DNA from: an uncultured virus (IMG/VR IMGVR_UViG_3300017917_002187)
Lineage: Duplodnaviria > Heunggongvirae > Uroviricota > Caudoviricetes
Length of the DNA stretch: 64,000 bases
Virus record (IMG/VR): IMGVR_UViG_3300017917_002187
Reading direction: 5' to 3' (one strand)
The position numbers and the translations under genes are program-made. Shown in pieces: positions 1 through 8,412 of this stretch (positions are counted from its first letter, which is position 1; every line of letters begins with the position of its first letter). A model generated the notes under the pieces. The model was given only the letters and a program-made list of their open reading frames with translations, was not told where the DNA came from and ran no database searches.

Positions 1-198
1 ACAAGAGATGAAATTGTTGAGAAATTGGTTGTTAATAATATTAACACCATAACACACTCATACATTCAACACGGTGATGACACTTACCTAACCAATATTT
101 TGGAGTATGGTATGGTGGGGTTTAAAAATTTTACCGATGAAGAATTGGTTAATGAGTATCGTGAAACCTTTGATGAGGTTGTTAAAATAAAAAAATAA
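1..198 (+). CDS. hypothetical protein, 5'-truncated by window edge
   Basis: Open frame 1 (TRDEIVEKLVV...VVKIKK) ending in TAA at 196-198. Confidence 0.7.
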   Translation, partial: TRDEIVEKLVVNNINTITHSYIQHGDDTYLTNILEYGMVGFKNFTDEELVNEYRETFDEVVKIKK

Positions 199-206
199 AA
201 AAAACA

Positions 207-237
207 TTTGTATAATTGAATATTTATTATATCTTTG
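207..237 (+). promoter_or_regulatory. Bacteroidota-type sigma70 promoter
   Basis: TTTG at 207-210 and TATCTTTG at 230-237 upstream of ORF 262. Confidence 0.75.
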
Positions 238-261
238 TACTACATTTAATTTTTAAACAAA

Positions 262-519
262 ATGAAACAAAAGAAAAAACACACCTTATTAAAAGGTGAA
301 GGAGTGAACCAACACACACTCTATGGTGATTTCAAAGTTGAAGAAAACACCGACTTCGCAAAAGTAGAAGTAAAGAAAGAAAGTTTGTTAAAACACGAAC
401 AACCTGACGGCTCGTTCGCCGAACACAACACCTTAAAAGTTGAAGAAGGTAATTGGGTTATGGGTAAACAAGTTGAGTACAACCCTTTTGATAAAAGAGT
501 AACACAAGTTTGGGACTAA
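262..519 (+). CDS. conserved small His-rich beta protein
   Basis: GEG..QH, LLKHE, EH.TL, KQVEYNP pattern; first gene of a 4-gene operon. Confidence 0.7.
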   Translation: MKQKKKHTLLKGEGVNQHTLYGDFKVEENTDFAKVEVKKESLLKHEQPDGSFAEHNTLKVEEGNWVMGKQVEYNPFDKRVTQVWD

Positions 520-532
520 TAAAAACAAGGTT

Positions 533-931
533 ATGGCAAATCCATTAATTCATTCAAAATCCAGTGTTAAGCGTTGGGGTGGTAAGGTAGAGGATTATTT
601 ACCTATTCACGAACTTATTGATAGTCCTAAAGCAACTATGAACAACAATTCAGCGAGGTTGATGACACACAACACTTGGTTCGCATACACTATCATTCCA
701 AAAGTGTTTGGTTACAATATAACCAACTCGGACGGAAGAAGTGTGGACACAGTTGATATAGCAATGTTACATATCGCTGAGGACTTTCGTATGAAGTTTG
801 TACCAACTCCCCAAGACTACTTAAAACATTTAGTAGTACAACCCTGGATGAACAATGGTATTAAGGATTTAGATACCCAAGAAGGAAAAGAAATTGTTAA
901 AAATTTATTAGATAAAGTGCATGAAAACTGA
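533..931 (+). CDS. DUF6915-like protein
   Basis: MANP..HSKSSVKRWGG..EDY..IH..ID..K and HIAED motifs recalled for this family. Confidence 0.7.
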   Translation: MANPLIHSKSSVKRWGGKVEDYLPIHELIDSPKATMNNNSARLMTHNTWFAYTIIPKVFGYNITNSDGRSVDTVDIAMLHIAEDFRMKFVPTPQDYLKHLVVQPWMNNGIKDLDTQEGKEIVKNLLDKVHEN

Positions 932-1577
932 AATGATTAAAATGTGGCAAGACCACAATGTTAAAGAATGTATTATGACCTTTGATTGTGGGGGTGATAG
1001 TATGGGTGAAACCAACTTCGTGTTGTATGACAAAAATGATGATACCGTTGAGTGTCAAGAATTGATTAATTACTTTGATGACCAAGTTTACAAAGAGGTT
1101 GAGTTTTATGTAAATTCAGACGGACATTATCAAGGTGAGTTCGGTACTGTTTCAATTACATTGGAAGAAGATGAAGATGATGATGATGAAATGGTATTTA
1201 TGTACAGTAAGAGTTCCCAAAGTAACTGGTCGGAAACATTCACAGAGGTTGTTGATGTTGAACTAACCGATGAACAGGTGAAGTTTGTTAGTGAAAAAGT
1301 TTTGAGTATTGTTGGTGGTGATGGCTCACAAACCATTAATTACAAGATTGATTGTATCTTGACTGATGAAGAAGAACAAATTAGTGAGGATTTAATGAAC
1401 TTAATTGACCAAACCGCTAATGACCACACATTTGAAAACGAAGAAGGTGAAGCCAGTGATTGGTTTAACTTCACAACCAATTTAGATGATGATGTGAATA
1501 TGGAAATAAATTTGGTTGGTAATACATTAAAGGTTCAAGTTTCAAGAAGTTTTGACGTAATAAAAGACGAGGAGTAA
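921..1577 (+). CDS. acidic DUF6878-like protein
   Basis: FDCGGDS motif, very Asp/Glu-rich, overlaps DUF6915-like gene. Confidence 0.55.
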   Translation: MKTEMIKMWQDHNVKECIMTFDCGGDSMGETNFVLYDKNDDTVECQELINYFDDQVYKEVEFYVNSDGHYQGEFGTVSITLEEDEDDDDEMVFMYSKSSQSNWSETFTEVVDVELTDEQVKFVSEKVLSIVGGDGSQTINYKIDCILTDEEEQISEDLMNLIDQTANDHTFENEEGEASDWFNFTTNLDDDVNMEINLVGNTLKVQVSRSFDVIKDEE

Positions 1578-1581
1578 AAAA

Positions 1582-2262
1582 ATGAAAATCATAGTTGATA
1601 ATGTAAAGTTTGACTACAATGTAGGTTGTCGCTTACTTAAACTAAAATACAAAGATTGTCCAATGGGTGCTTTGACCGACATTTGGAATGATATTGTTCC
1701 AATGACATTCAAGGAAATCGCCAAGGACATTATTAATCTTGAACAAAGAAGAATAGCCATTGGTTGTTTGGGTTTGGAAAGATTGTATGACGAGGTAAAC
1801 CCAAAACTAATTAAAAAACAAACCTTAAAGAAAACAACTACTTGGGTAAATTCAAAGGGTGAACTTGAAACCATAAAATTCAATGACACTTACGAACTTT
1901 ACAAAGTGGACGGAAAGGTTTGGACAGAGGGGGTTTCGTTGAGTAATTGGGAAAGACCAGATGATGTTTACTTCGTGAAGTTTAAGGACACCTCAACCGA
2001 TAGAAACTATATGATATGGGTGGACAAGCGTTCAGTTTACCAAACCAACAACAGAGATTGGTTTAGTAGTGAAAAAAGTCAAATTACACCAACTCAAGCA
2101 ATCGCTTGGACAATACAAACCAACATTGTAAAAGGTGGTATTGAGAAGATTGTAAGACAAGGTGATTGTGTACTGATTAAGAAAAAAGAAAATGCCGAAG
2201 TGGGAAGTGTTAGACACCTTACCGAACAAGAGTATCGTGAACTTTTGGTGGCAGAAAGTTAA
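1582..2262 (+). CDS. DUF6745-like protein
   Basis: EQRR, DTSTDRNY..WV, QAIAWT motifs. Confidence 0.5.
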   Translation: MKIIVDNVKFDYNVGCRLLKLKYKDCPMGALTDIWNDIVPMTFKEIAKDIINLEQRRIAIGCLGLERLYDEVNPKLIKKQTLKKTTTWVNSKGELETIKFNDTYELYKVDGKVWTEGVSLSNWERPDDVYFVKFKDTSTDRNYMIWVDKRSVYQTNNRDWFSSEKSQITPTQAIAWTIQTNIVKGGIEKIVRQGDCVLIKKKENAEVGSVRHLTEQEYRELLVAES

Positions 2263-2287
2263 TTTGTGTTTCATAATGTTTAGAACT

Positions 2288-2319
2288 ACCCTCGGCGAAA
2301 GTCGGGGGTTTTTCTTTTT
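2288..2319 (+). terminator. intrinsic terminator
   Basis: ACCCTCGGC-GAAA-GTCGGGGGT followed by T-tract after ORF 1582-2262. Confidence 0.85.
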
Positions 2320-2527
2320 AGTCCGGGCAAGATCGCAACAGGATCGCCAGAATCGACATTTAGTCTGGAATATAACAAACAATAAGTACCCCAAAACCTC
2401 GGACACATATAATATGAAAATCATTTAGGGGTGCCAGCCAGGATCGACATTTAGTCTGGAGTGTTCCAGACAAAATCTAGATTCACCTTCCGGCAGACTC
2501 ACCGGTGAAAAAAAAAAATAAAAAAAA

Positions 2528-2561
2528 CTTGTATTATTTTAAAAAGGTTATATCTTTGTAC
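2528..2561 (+). promoter_or_regulatory. Bacteroidota-type promoter (identical 34-bp copy at 2837-2870)
   Basis: CTTGTATTATTTTAAAAAGGTTATATCTTTGTAC. Confidence 0.8.
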
Positions 2562-2580
2562 TCGTTAAAACAATAAACAC

Positions 2581-2832
2581 ATGGGAACAAAAAAACAACC
2601 AAAGTTGGCTCAAAGACAAGTTACTTCTAATGGTCATAACATTTATATTGGTTTAGTTGGTAACAACGGTGGATACATATCCATTGAGGACAATAACCTT
2701 TATCCTGATGGGGATAGTCGTTCAGACAGAAGAAACTTAAACTTTCATAGTATTATGATACCACTTATGACAAGGGAACATTTGAAAGATTTACGTACCG
2801 CGATTGACGAGGTGTTAAAAAATTCTCAATAA
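2581..2832 (+). CDS. hypothetical protein
   Basis: ORF directly downstream of promoter. Confidence 0.75.
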   Translation: MGTKKQPKLAQRQVTSNGHNIYIGLVGNNGGYISIEDNNLYPDGDSRSDRRNLNFHSIMIPLMTREHLKDLRTAIDEVLKNSQ

Positions 2833-2836
2833 TTTT

Positions 2837-2870
2837 CTTGTATTATTTTAAAAAGGTTATATCTTTGTAC
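2837..2870 (+). promoter_or_regulatory. Bacteroidota-type promoter
   Basis: Identical to 2528-2561. Confidence 0.8.
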
Positions 2871-2889
2871 CCGATAAATCAATAAAGAC

Positions 2890-3201
2890 ATGGCAAAAAT
2901 AAAACAGATTTACAGAAGTGAAATCCACAACAGGGATAAATCCCACGATGTATGTATTATCCAAGACCAATCAAAGGTTAGAGGGGTAAAATTAAAAATG
3001 ACCTACGAAAGTTACAACGCAATCGAGAGGTTCACAGGTGAACTTTTTGTTGGTGGTAAATGGGAACATCATTTTTCAATGTTGGACTTGGGTGTAACTC
3101 CCGATAGTTCATCTTATGTATCGGATAGTTCAAAACGATTGTTACGTGCCGAGGAACTGATTTCAAAAGGTATTGACTATTTTAACATCATTAATCAATA
3201 A
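2890..3201 (+). CDS. hypothetical protein
   Basis: ORF after promoter. Confidence 0.75.
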   Translation: MAKIKQIYRSEIHNRDKSHDVCIIQDQSKVRGVKLKMTYESYNAIERFTGELFVGGKWEHHFSMLDLGVTPDSSSYVSDSSKRLLRAEELISKGIDYFNIINQ

Positions 3202-3206
3202 ACATT

Positions 3207-3548
3207 ATGGACATTGAAATTAAAGAGTTCGACATCACCCACGAACAAAACAGAGGTGGTGAACCAAAGTTGTACCACGACAAGATTTACATTTGGATTA
3301 AAGGTCAGAATGTACTTGACAACCTTATCGGTCGTGGACATGAACCGTACAAGTTGTACAAGAAGTTTGTAATACCTAAAGTTATGGAAATGATTAAGGA
3401 ACAACACCCCGACAAGTACGAACTATTAAAAGATGTTAAATGGGGATGGAACAAACATTGTGGTTGTTCAATGTGTCCTTGTTCACCAGGTTTCATTAGT
3501 GACAGAAAAAGTTTTTTAAACCATCAAACAATTCATATTTCAATTTAA
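3207..3548 (+). CDS. hypothetical protein with Cys cluster
   Basis: HCGCSMCPCSPGF motif. Confidence 0.75.
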   Translation: MDIEIKEFDITHEQNRGGEPKLYHDKIYIWIKGQNVLDNLIGRGHEPYKLYKKFVIPKVMEMIKEQHPDKYELLKDVKWGWNKHCGCSMCPCSPGFISDRKSFLNHQTIHISI

Positions 3549-3553
3549 ACATT

Positions 3554-4162
3554 ATGGGATACACTACAGATTTCAGTGGTTCGTTTCAGTTTAACCGACC
3601 ACTCACAGTTCAAGAGAAGAACTACATTAACAAATTTTCCGAAACTCGTAGAATGAAACGAGATGTTCAGAAGTTATTCAAAACTTACAAAGGTGAACAT
3701 GGTTTACCGATGGTTACAACCATCACAACCGAGATGCAAGAACATATTAATTTCTTAGAGGGTGCTGGGTACAAAGTAAGTATTACACCACTAAAGGATA
3801 AAAGAAAACCTGAAGAAATTTATGGTGTTGATGGTGGATACTTTGTTGGTGGTAAAGGACATGCGGGTCAAGTCCACGATGCATCTATCATTGATTACAA
3901 CGGAACCCCAACCGGACAACCTGGTTTGTGGTGTCAGTGGACTGTGAATGAAGATGGAACCCGACTTGAATGGGATGGTGGTGAGAAGTTCTACTCTTAC
4001 ACAGAGTGGTTACAATATCTTATTAATCACTTTTTCTCAAAGTGGGGTGTAATACTTAACGGTGAGGTTGAATGGCAAGGTGAGGATGCAACAGATGTTG
4101 GGAAGATTGTTGTCACCAACAATGAAGTGAAAGTTTTAAAGGGTAGGGTTGTTTACGAATAA
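3554..4162 (+). CDS. conserved phage hypothetical protein
   Basis: MGYTTDF..., QPGLWCQW, WDGGEKFY.Y.EWL.YLI motifs. Confidence 0.8.
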   Translation: MGYTTDFSGSFQFNRPLTVQEKNYINKFSETRRMKRDVQKLFKTYKGEHGLPMVTTITTEMQEHINFLEGAGYKVSITPLKDKRKPEEIYGVDGGYFVGGKGHAGQVHDASIIDYNGTPTGQPGLWCQWTVNEDGTRLEWDGGEKFYSYTEWLQYLINHFFSKWGVILNGEVEWQGEDATDVGKIVVTNNEVKVLKGRVVYE

Positions 4163-4206
4163 CCCTCCCATCCAAGATTTAGTCTGGAAAAAAAGATCAA
4201 AAAAAA

Positions 4207-4237
4207 CTTGTATAAATAAAAAAACGTTATATCTTTG
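4207..4237 (+). promoter_or_regulatory. Bacteroidota-type promoter
   Basis: CTTG at 4207 and TATCTTTG at 4230-4237. Confidence 0.75.
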
Positions 4238-4261
4238 TACCACATTTAAAACTTAAACATT

Positions 4262-4810
4262 ATGGGATTAGACATGTATCTTTCAAAGAAGACCTACGTT
4301 AAGAACTGGGATCATCAATCACCTGAAGAAAGACATCAGGTAATCGTTAACAAGGGTGGAGTTCCTCACCCACACATCAAACCTGAAAGGGTTTCACAAA
4401 TTGAGGAACAGGTGGCACAATGGAGAAAGGCCAATCATATTCACCGGTGGTTTGTGGATAATGTACAGGACGGTGAGGACAACTGTAAGGAGTACTATGT
4501 GGATAGAGAGAAAATCCGTGAACTTGTTAATCTGTGTAAACAGGTAAATGAGATTATCAGGAAGGCACCGAAGAAAACTGTTGAGGTGGTTACAGGTTGG
4601 CAAGGTGGAAAAGAAATCAAAGAACCACATGAGGTGTATGACATAAGCTCAACCGAGATTGAGGATTTGTTACCGACACAGTCAGGTTTCTTCTTTGGTG
4701 GAACGGAGTATGATGAATGGTACATCAAGGACAATGAGAACACAATTAAGATGTTAGAACCGTTGTTGGAAGAAGAAGGTGGTGACTTTTATTACCAATC
4801 ATCCTGGTAA
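4262..4810 (+). CDS. conserved phage protein (MGLDMY...WRKAN.IH.WF family)
   Basis: Characteristic N-terminus, GFFFG and C-terminal YYQSSW. Confidence 0.8.
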   Translation: MGLDMYLSKKTYVKNWDHQSPEERHQVIVNKGGVPHPHIKPERVSQIEEQVAQWRKANHIHRWFVDNVQDGEDNCKEYYVDREKIRELVNLCKQVNEIIRKAPKKTVEVVTGWQGGKEIKEPHEVYDISSTEIEDLLPTQSGFFFGGTEYDEWYIKDNENTIKMLEPLLEEEGGDFYYQSSW

Positions 4811-4873
4811 AAAAAAATAACAGGGATATTGTTGGTAAAATGGTATCCCTGTTTTACCTTTGTAAAATAAATT

Positions 4874-4964
4874 GGTTAGGTGGCTGAATGGTGAAGCGGT
4901 CGACTCAAGAAAACGTAAGAAAAGAGGATCGACAATGATATGGGTTCGACTCCTGTACTGACCA
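4874..4964 (+). ncRNA. tRNA-like RNA with 25-nt anticodon loop (starts CT-CAA-GA, Leu-like)
   Basis: GGTTAGG/ACTGACC acceptor, GCT..AGC D-arm, GTCGA/TCGAC stem, GGTTCGACTCC T-loop; TACCTTTG promoter box at 4855-4862. Confidence 0.7.
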
Positions 4965-4990
4965 CAAAGTCCCTTAGACAAGGACTGTCT

Positions 4991-5085
4991 AAAGTAAAAC
5001 GGTGGGTGATAAGAATAACTGTCTTATCGATAAATGAACCATCGCTCAAGGTGACGTAAACGTTCAGCCCACCAAGTTTTACTTT
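4991..5085 (+). ncRNA. putative structured RNA
   Basis: AAAGTAAAAC/GTTTTACTTT and GGTGGG/CCCACC outer stems; inner GATAAGA/TCTTATC hairpin. Confidence 0.45.
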
Positions 5086-5118
5086 TTATAAGAATGAAAA
5101 ATATTAATTCAAATTAAA

Positions 5119-5301
5119 ATGGAAGACATAAAGAATAAAATGTTGGATTTGGCTTACGACTCAAAAAACAGTGACATACTCGAGAACGAAGATTTTTGGG
5201 TTGATGTAATAGTTGAGATTGAACATGCATCAACAGAACAGGAATTGTTATCAATTGGACAAGAGTACTTCAGTATTTCAAGTTTGGACGAAATAAAATA
5301 A
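5119..5301 (+). CDS. small acidic hypothetical protein
   Basis: 60-aa ORF in operon order. Confidence 0.65.
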   Translation: MEDIKNKMLDLAYDSKNSDILENEDFWVDVIVEIEHASTEQELLSIGQEYFSISSLDEIK

Positions 5302-5309
5302 ATAAGATT

Positions 5310-5786
5310 ATGGGAAGAATAAATAAAACAATAGATGGGGTATTCATAGATATTGTGGGTACCGAAGACGAAATAAGTTCATATGAACGATTTCTAAACC
5401 AGGGTAAGAACCTTAGGACAAGTAAGGAGCTTAAAAACGTTACCAAAGTTTATGAGAAGATGGTAAAGGACAATAAGGACCGATTCGAAAAGTTGGCATC
5501 TTTGGAGGAGATAATCATGCAGATGAGAATTCGTGAGAATCTTACCGGGATTAAATTATCTTTGGTACGTGAGTACGTATACGCACGTGTTCCTTTCTAC
5601 CGGGTCGGCAAGAAATCAAAGGATGTGAGGGTCATCGTCAACAAAGTGGATCTGTATCCCGGAGCTGAGGAGAATCTGGACATTTTGTCTGGAAACAAGG
5701 AGTTCATGGAAAGAGCCAAGGCTAAGCTGATCGAAGCCATTGACATAGAGATTGCTGAGAACATGACAAAGTATGGTTTAAAATAA
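5310..5786 (+). CDS. hypothetical protein
   Basis: 158-aa ORF. Confidence 0.75.
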   Translation: MGRINKTIDGVFIDIVGTEDEISSYERFLNQGKNLRTSKELKNVTKVYEKMVKDNKDRFEKLASLEEIIMQMRIRENLTGIKLSLVREYVYARVPFYRVGKKSKDVRVIVNKVDLYPGAEENLDILSGNKEFMERAKAKLIEAIDIEIAENMTKYGLK

Positions 5787-5792
5787 CATGTT

Positions 5793-6098
5793 ATGAAATA
5801 CCAAGACGAAATAAAGAAACTCAGAAAAGATATTCAGGGTGATATCATGAAGTTGTTTGAAAGAAAGAATTCAACTGTTGTTGCAAAAAGTATTAACTTT
5901 GTGAATTCACACTCAATTATTATCCGGGATGTCACGGGTACCGAAATGGACTATGTCCAAATATTCATCAATGGAGTTACTTCAGATGGTAGGTTAATCA
6001 CAGATGATAGACTCGTACCCATGGATGAGCTCACCATAGAACAGCTGGTTGGACTGAAGGCCAAAACAACTGATGGTGATCTTGAGTACCGGTTCTGA
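5793..6098 (+). CDS. hypothetical protein
   Basis: 101-aa ORF. Confidence 0.7.
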   Translation: MKYQDEIKKLRKDIQGDIMKLFERKNSTVVAKSINFVNSHSIIIRDVTGTEMDYVQIFINGVTSDGRLITDDRLVPMDELTIEQLVGLKAKTTDGDLEYRF

Positions 6099-6184
6099 TC
6101 GTGAGATTTAGTCTGGAAAAAAATAAAAAATTTTTATTTGGTTATTTACCATCTTTGTATTACATTTGAACAAACTTTACACAT

Positions 6185-6748
6185 ATGACTAAAATTAAAC
6201 TAAACAGCGAGGTCGTAGTATCCGACCCATGTTATGACATCCCGACTTGGTGTCATGCAATCCTTACCAATGTTCTACCTGGCTATTACCAACCATTCAT
6301 GAAGAAACATGATGCTGGTGACTGGGGGACAAGAAACAGTATGTTACTGGTAATCCATGAAGACCACCAATTCCAAGACTCATTTGAGTGGGAGGAATAT
6401 CCGGCAACCATCGGAGTGGACTCAGGTCAAGCTGGTATCTTCTCAAGAGAAACCTATAGAAACGACAACCATCCAATCGAAAAAGGTGAAGCTGATTTTG
6501 ATTATGGTAAAGATAAGGAAGGTGATGCATGGTACATGAAGATGTGTCAACGAACTCTTGGTGTAATACATTGGGGTGTGTATGACGAAGGTGTTGTTTG
6601 TAGCTCTGGATTCGGAGATGGTTCATACCAGCTATTCGTGGCCAAGAACGATCAGGACCAAGTCGTGGCGATGTGTATCGACTTCGGTGTTGAAGAAGAA
6701 CAAGAAATTGATTTTGAATTTTATAAAGATCCATTACACAATGTTTAA
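6185..6748 (+). CDS. DUF4241-like protein
   Basis: VSDPCY, GVDSGQAG, SGFGDGSY motifs; TACATTTG box at 6161-6168. Confidence 0.65.
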   Translation: MTKIKLNSEVVVSDPCYDIPTWCHAILTNVLPGYYQPFMKKHDAGDWGTRNSMLLVIHEDHQFQDSFEWEEYPATIGVDSGQAGIFSRETYRNDNHPIEKGEADFDYGKDKEGDAWYMKMCQRTLGVIHWGVYDEGVVCSSGFGDGSYQLFVAKNDQDQVVAMCIDFGVEEEQEIDFEFYKDPLHNV

Positions 6749-7010
6749 ATTTAAATGTATCCTCGGGATTGTTATCACCTCCATGGTGATAACATCTCTT
6801 GTGGGATGTTCGACAAAAAAGAATGGTTACCACAGGTGTTCACCATATGTTATTATGAGTAAGGACACCACAGAGATTTATATATTGGAGTCTCAAGTGT
6901 CTGCACAAATTAAATCAGTGTGGATAAACAACCCAATTAAAAACCCAAACAATATAAAAGTTAAAGTTGTGGATTCCACATCCTTTAATGTAATTTGCAA
7001 TCAAAACTAA
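6741..7010 (+). CDS. putative lipoprotein
   Basis: Start MFKFK at 6741; hydrophobic stretch ending LVGC. Confidence 0.55.
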   Translation: MFKFKCILGIVITSMVITSLVGCSTKKNGYHRCSPYVIMSKDTTEIYILESQVSAQIKSVWINNPIKNPNNIKVKVVDSTSFNVICNQN

Positions 7011-7014
7011 CAAC

Positions 7015-7458
7015 ATGGCAAAACAAGAAGAACCGGTAGTGATGACACCATCATTACTTCTAAATACGCATTGGTACCTGTTGACCCTAGCGTGTATGAC
7101 AGTGGTACCCCTAGCAATATTATTTGGTCTCATTAGTTTTTTCAGAACCATCTATGTATTGACATGGACATACACATTCTACAACACACATATAGTGGAA
7201 GAGAAGGGAATTCTGGTTAGGTCCTCCACGCAAGTAGATTTCACCAGATTACGAACGGTTAAATCTGATTCACACATCCTGATGATGCTGGTGGGTATTG
7301 GTAATGTTAGGATGGCCACTTCAGATGTGTATGTACCCGAGCTGGTTCTCCGGGGTGTAAGTAGTTACAGAGAGATTGAAGAGATTATAACTGATGAATG
7401 TCTAAACAATAGAAGATCCAACAAGAGGGTTGATATCGATAACTTCAACTTCAGTTAA
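7015..7458 (+). CDS. membrane protein with bacterial PH (bPH_2/YdbS-like) domain
   Basis: N-terminal TM segment then EKGIL, GIGNV pattern. Confidence 0.6.
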   Translation: MAKQEEPVVMTPSLLLNTHWYLLTLACMTVVPLAILFGLISFFRTIYVLTWTYTFYNTHIVEEKGILVRSSTQVDFTRLRTVKSDSHILMMLVGIGNVRMATSDVYVPELVLRGVSSYREIEEIITDECLNNRRSNKRVDIDNFNFS

Positions 7459-7465
7459 GGTATAT

Positions 7466-7676
7466 GGTCAGGTGGCGGAATGGTAGACGCTAATGGGTTG
7501 TTCCCATCTGATAAGTGAAGGGTTAATATACACTACGAAGAGGTATGAGGTGGTAACACCTTAAAGATGGGACTAACAAACAGCCCATACGAAAGGATTA
7601 AGTTCATATAAAGAAAACCCGTAGACCGTCCCTATTAATGAATAACTTAATACAGGTTCGATTCCTGTCCTGACTG
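7466..7676 (+). ncRNA. 211-nt tRNA-like RNA with two greatly expanded internal arms
   Basis: GGTCAGG/CCTGACT acceptor, GCGGAATGGTAGACGC D-arm, ACAGG-TTCGATT-CCTGT T-arm; internal stems 7493-7502/7579-7588 and 7597-7604/7644-7651. Confidence 0.7.
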
Positions 7677-7702
7677 CAAAGAATTCAAAATAGAATCAAC
7701 AT

Positions 7703-7876
7703 ATGAGTAACACAAGATGTAACAATTGTCTAAAGGATTATGACAAGAAGGAAGTTGCCCGAGTTAACGGGAAGGAAAGTATGGTACACTTATTGGGATA
7801 TTGTAGTTCCCAATGCTACACCGACATGGTGGAGAAGCTTAAGAAACAGAAAGAGGAGTCTGCTGGAAAGATCTGA
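7703..7876 (+). CDS. 57-aa zinc-finger-like protein (not in ORF track)
   Basis: MSNTRCNNC...YCSSQCY...AGKI*. Confidence 0.65.
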   Translation: MSNTRCNNCLKDYDKKEVARVNGKESMVHLLGYCSSQCYTDMVEKLKKQKEESAGKI

Positions 7877-8069
7877 GATGGAACATTTAGTCTGGAACCA
7901 AGATTCCCGGGGACGGACCTGAGATGGTAGATTTAGTCTGGAGTGAATCCGATCCTGAGGAAGGTGAATCGAGATTTAGTCTGGAATTTCGTTCTTTAAA
8001 AAGTTACCCACAAATTTTTTTTTCTCCATATTAATGATTATCTTTAGAACATATTAAATTAATCATATT

Positions 8070-8276
8070 ATGGCAACAAAAAGATCAGTGAAGTCTACTG
8101 CTAAGATGACAGTAAGTTCAACAAAAAATTATGTGTATGTACCCGTGTCTCACAACATCTACTACAATGGTAAATCTTACCGTGTACGTGTAACCAAAAA
8201 TGGAGAGAAACACGATCAGTACTTATCTAGTAAGAAGAAAGCGTTCGAACTACGTAAGAAATTGTTAAGTGCTTAG
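8070..8276 (+). CDS. small basic protein, AP2-like DNA-binding fold possible
   Basis: NIYYNGKSYRVRVTKNGEK..YLSSKKKA. Confidence 0.6.
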   Translation: MATKRSVKSTAKMTVSSTKNYVYVPVSHNIYYNGKSYRVRVTKNGEKHDQYLSSKKKAFELRKKLLSA

Positions 8277-8304
8277 TCACACTTAACATGTCTGTGTAAA
8301 GTTA

Positions 8305-8334
8305 GCCCGTGGAGAAATCCACGGGTTTTTTTTT
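8305..8334 (+). terminator. intrinsic terminator
   Basis: GCCCGTGGA-GAAA-TCCACGGGT plus T-tract. Confidence 0.9.
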
Positions 8335-8412
8335 CCGGGTCACCATCTCAGAGATTTAGTCTGGAACCAAGATTCCCGGGGACGGATCTGAGATGGAACA
8401 TTTAGTCTGGAG

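Larger units (their letters stand above)
2358..8411 (+). repeat. dispersed 12-bp repeat ATTTAGTCTGGA (9 exact copies)
   Basis: Exact copies start at 2358, 2449, 4177, 6106, 7885, 7931, 7974, 8354, 8400; variant ATTTTGTCTGGA at 5682 and inverted variant at 2465-2476. Confidence 0.95.

Noticed and set aside
1024..7100. Extra TGTATGAC copies at 1024, 1784, 4635, 6579, 7093
   Set aside because: Inside CDSs and mostly explained by Tyr-Asp codons
7466..7676. tmRNA or group I intron-containing tRNA
   Set aside because: Has a D-stem, lacks the alanine G3-U70 acceptor and an obvious tag ORF, and the insert is short with no recognisable group I core
7740..7922. ORF-track 60-aa ORF
   Set aside because: Overlaps a better CxxC...CxxxC ORF (7703-7876) and runs into the repeats
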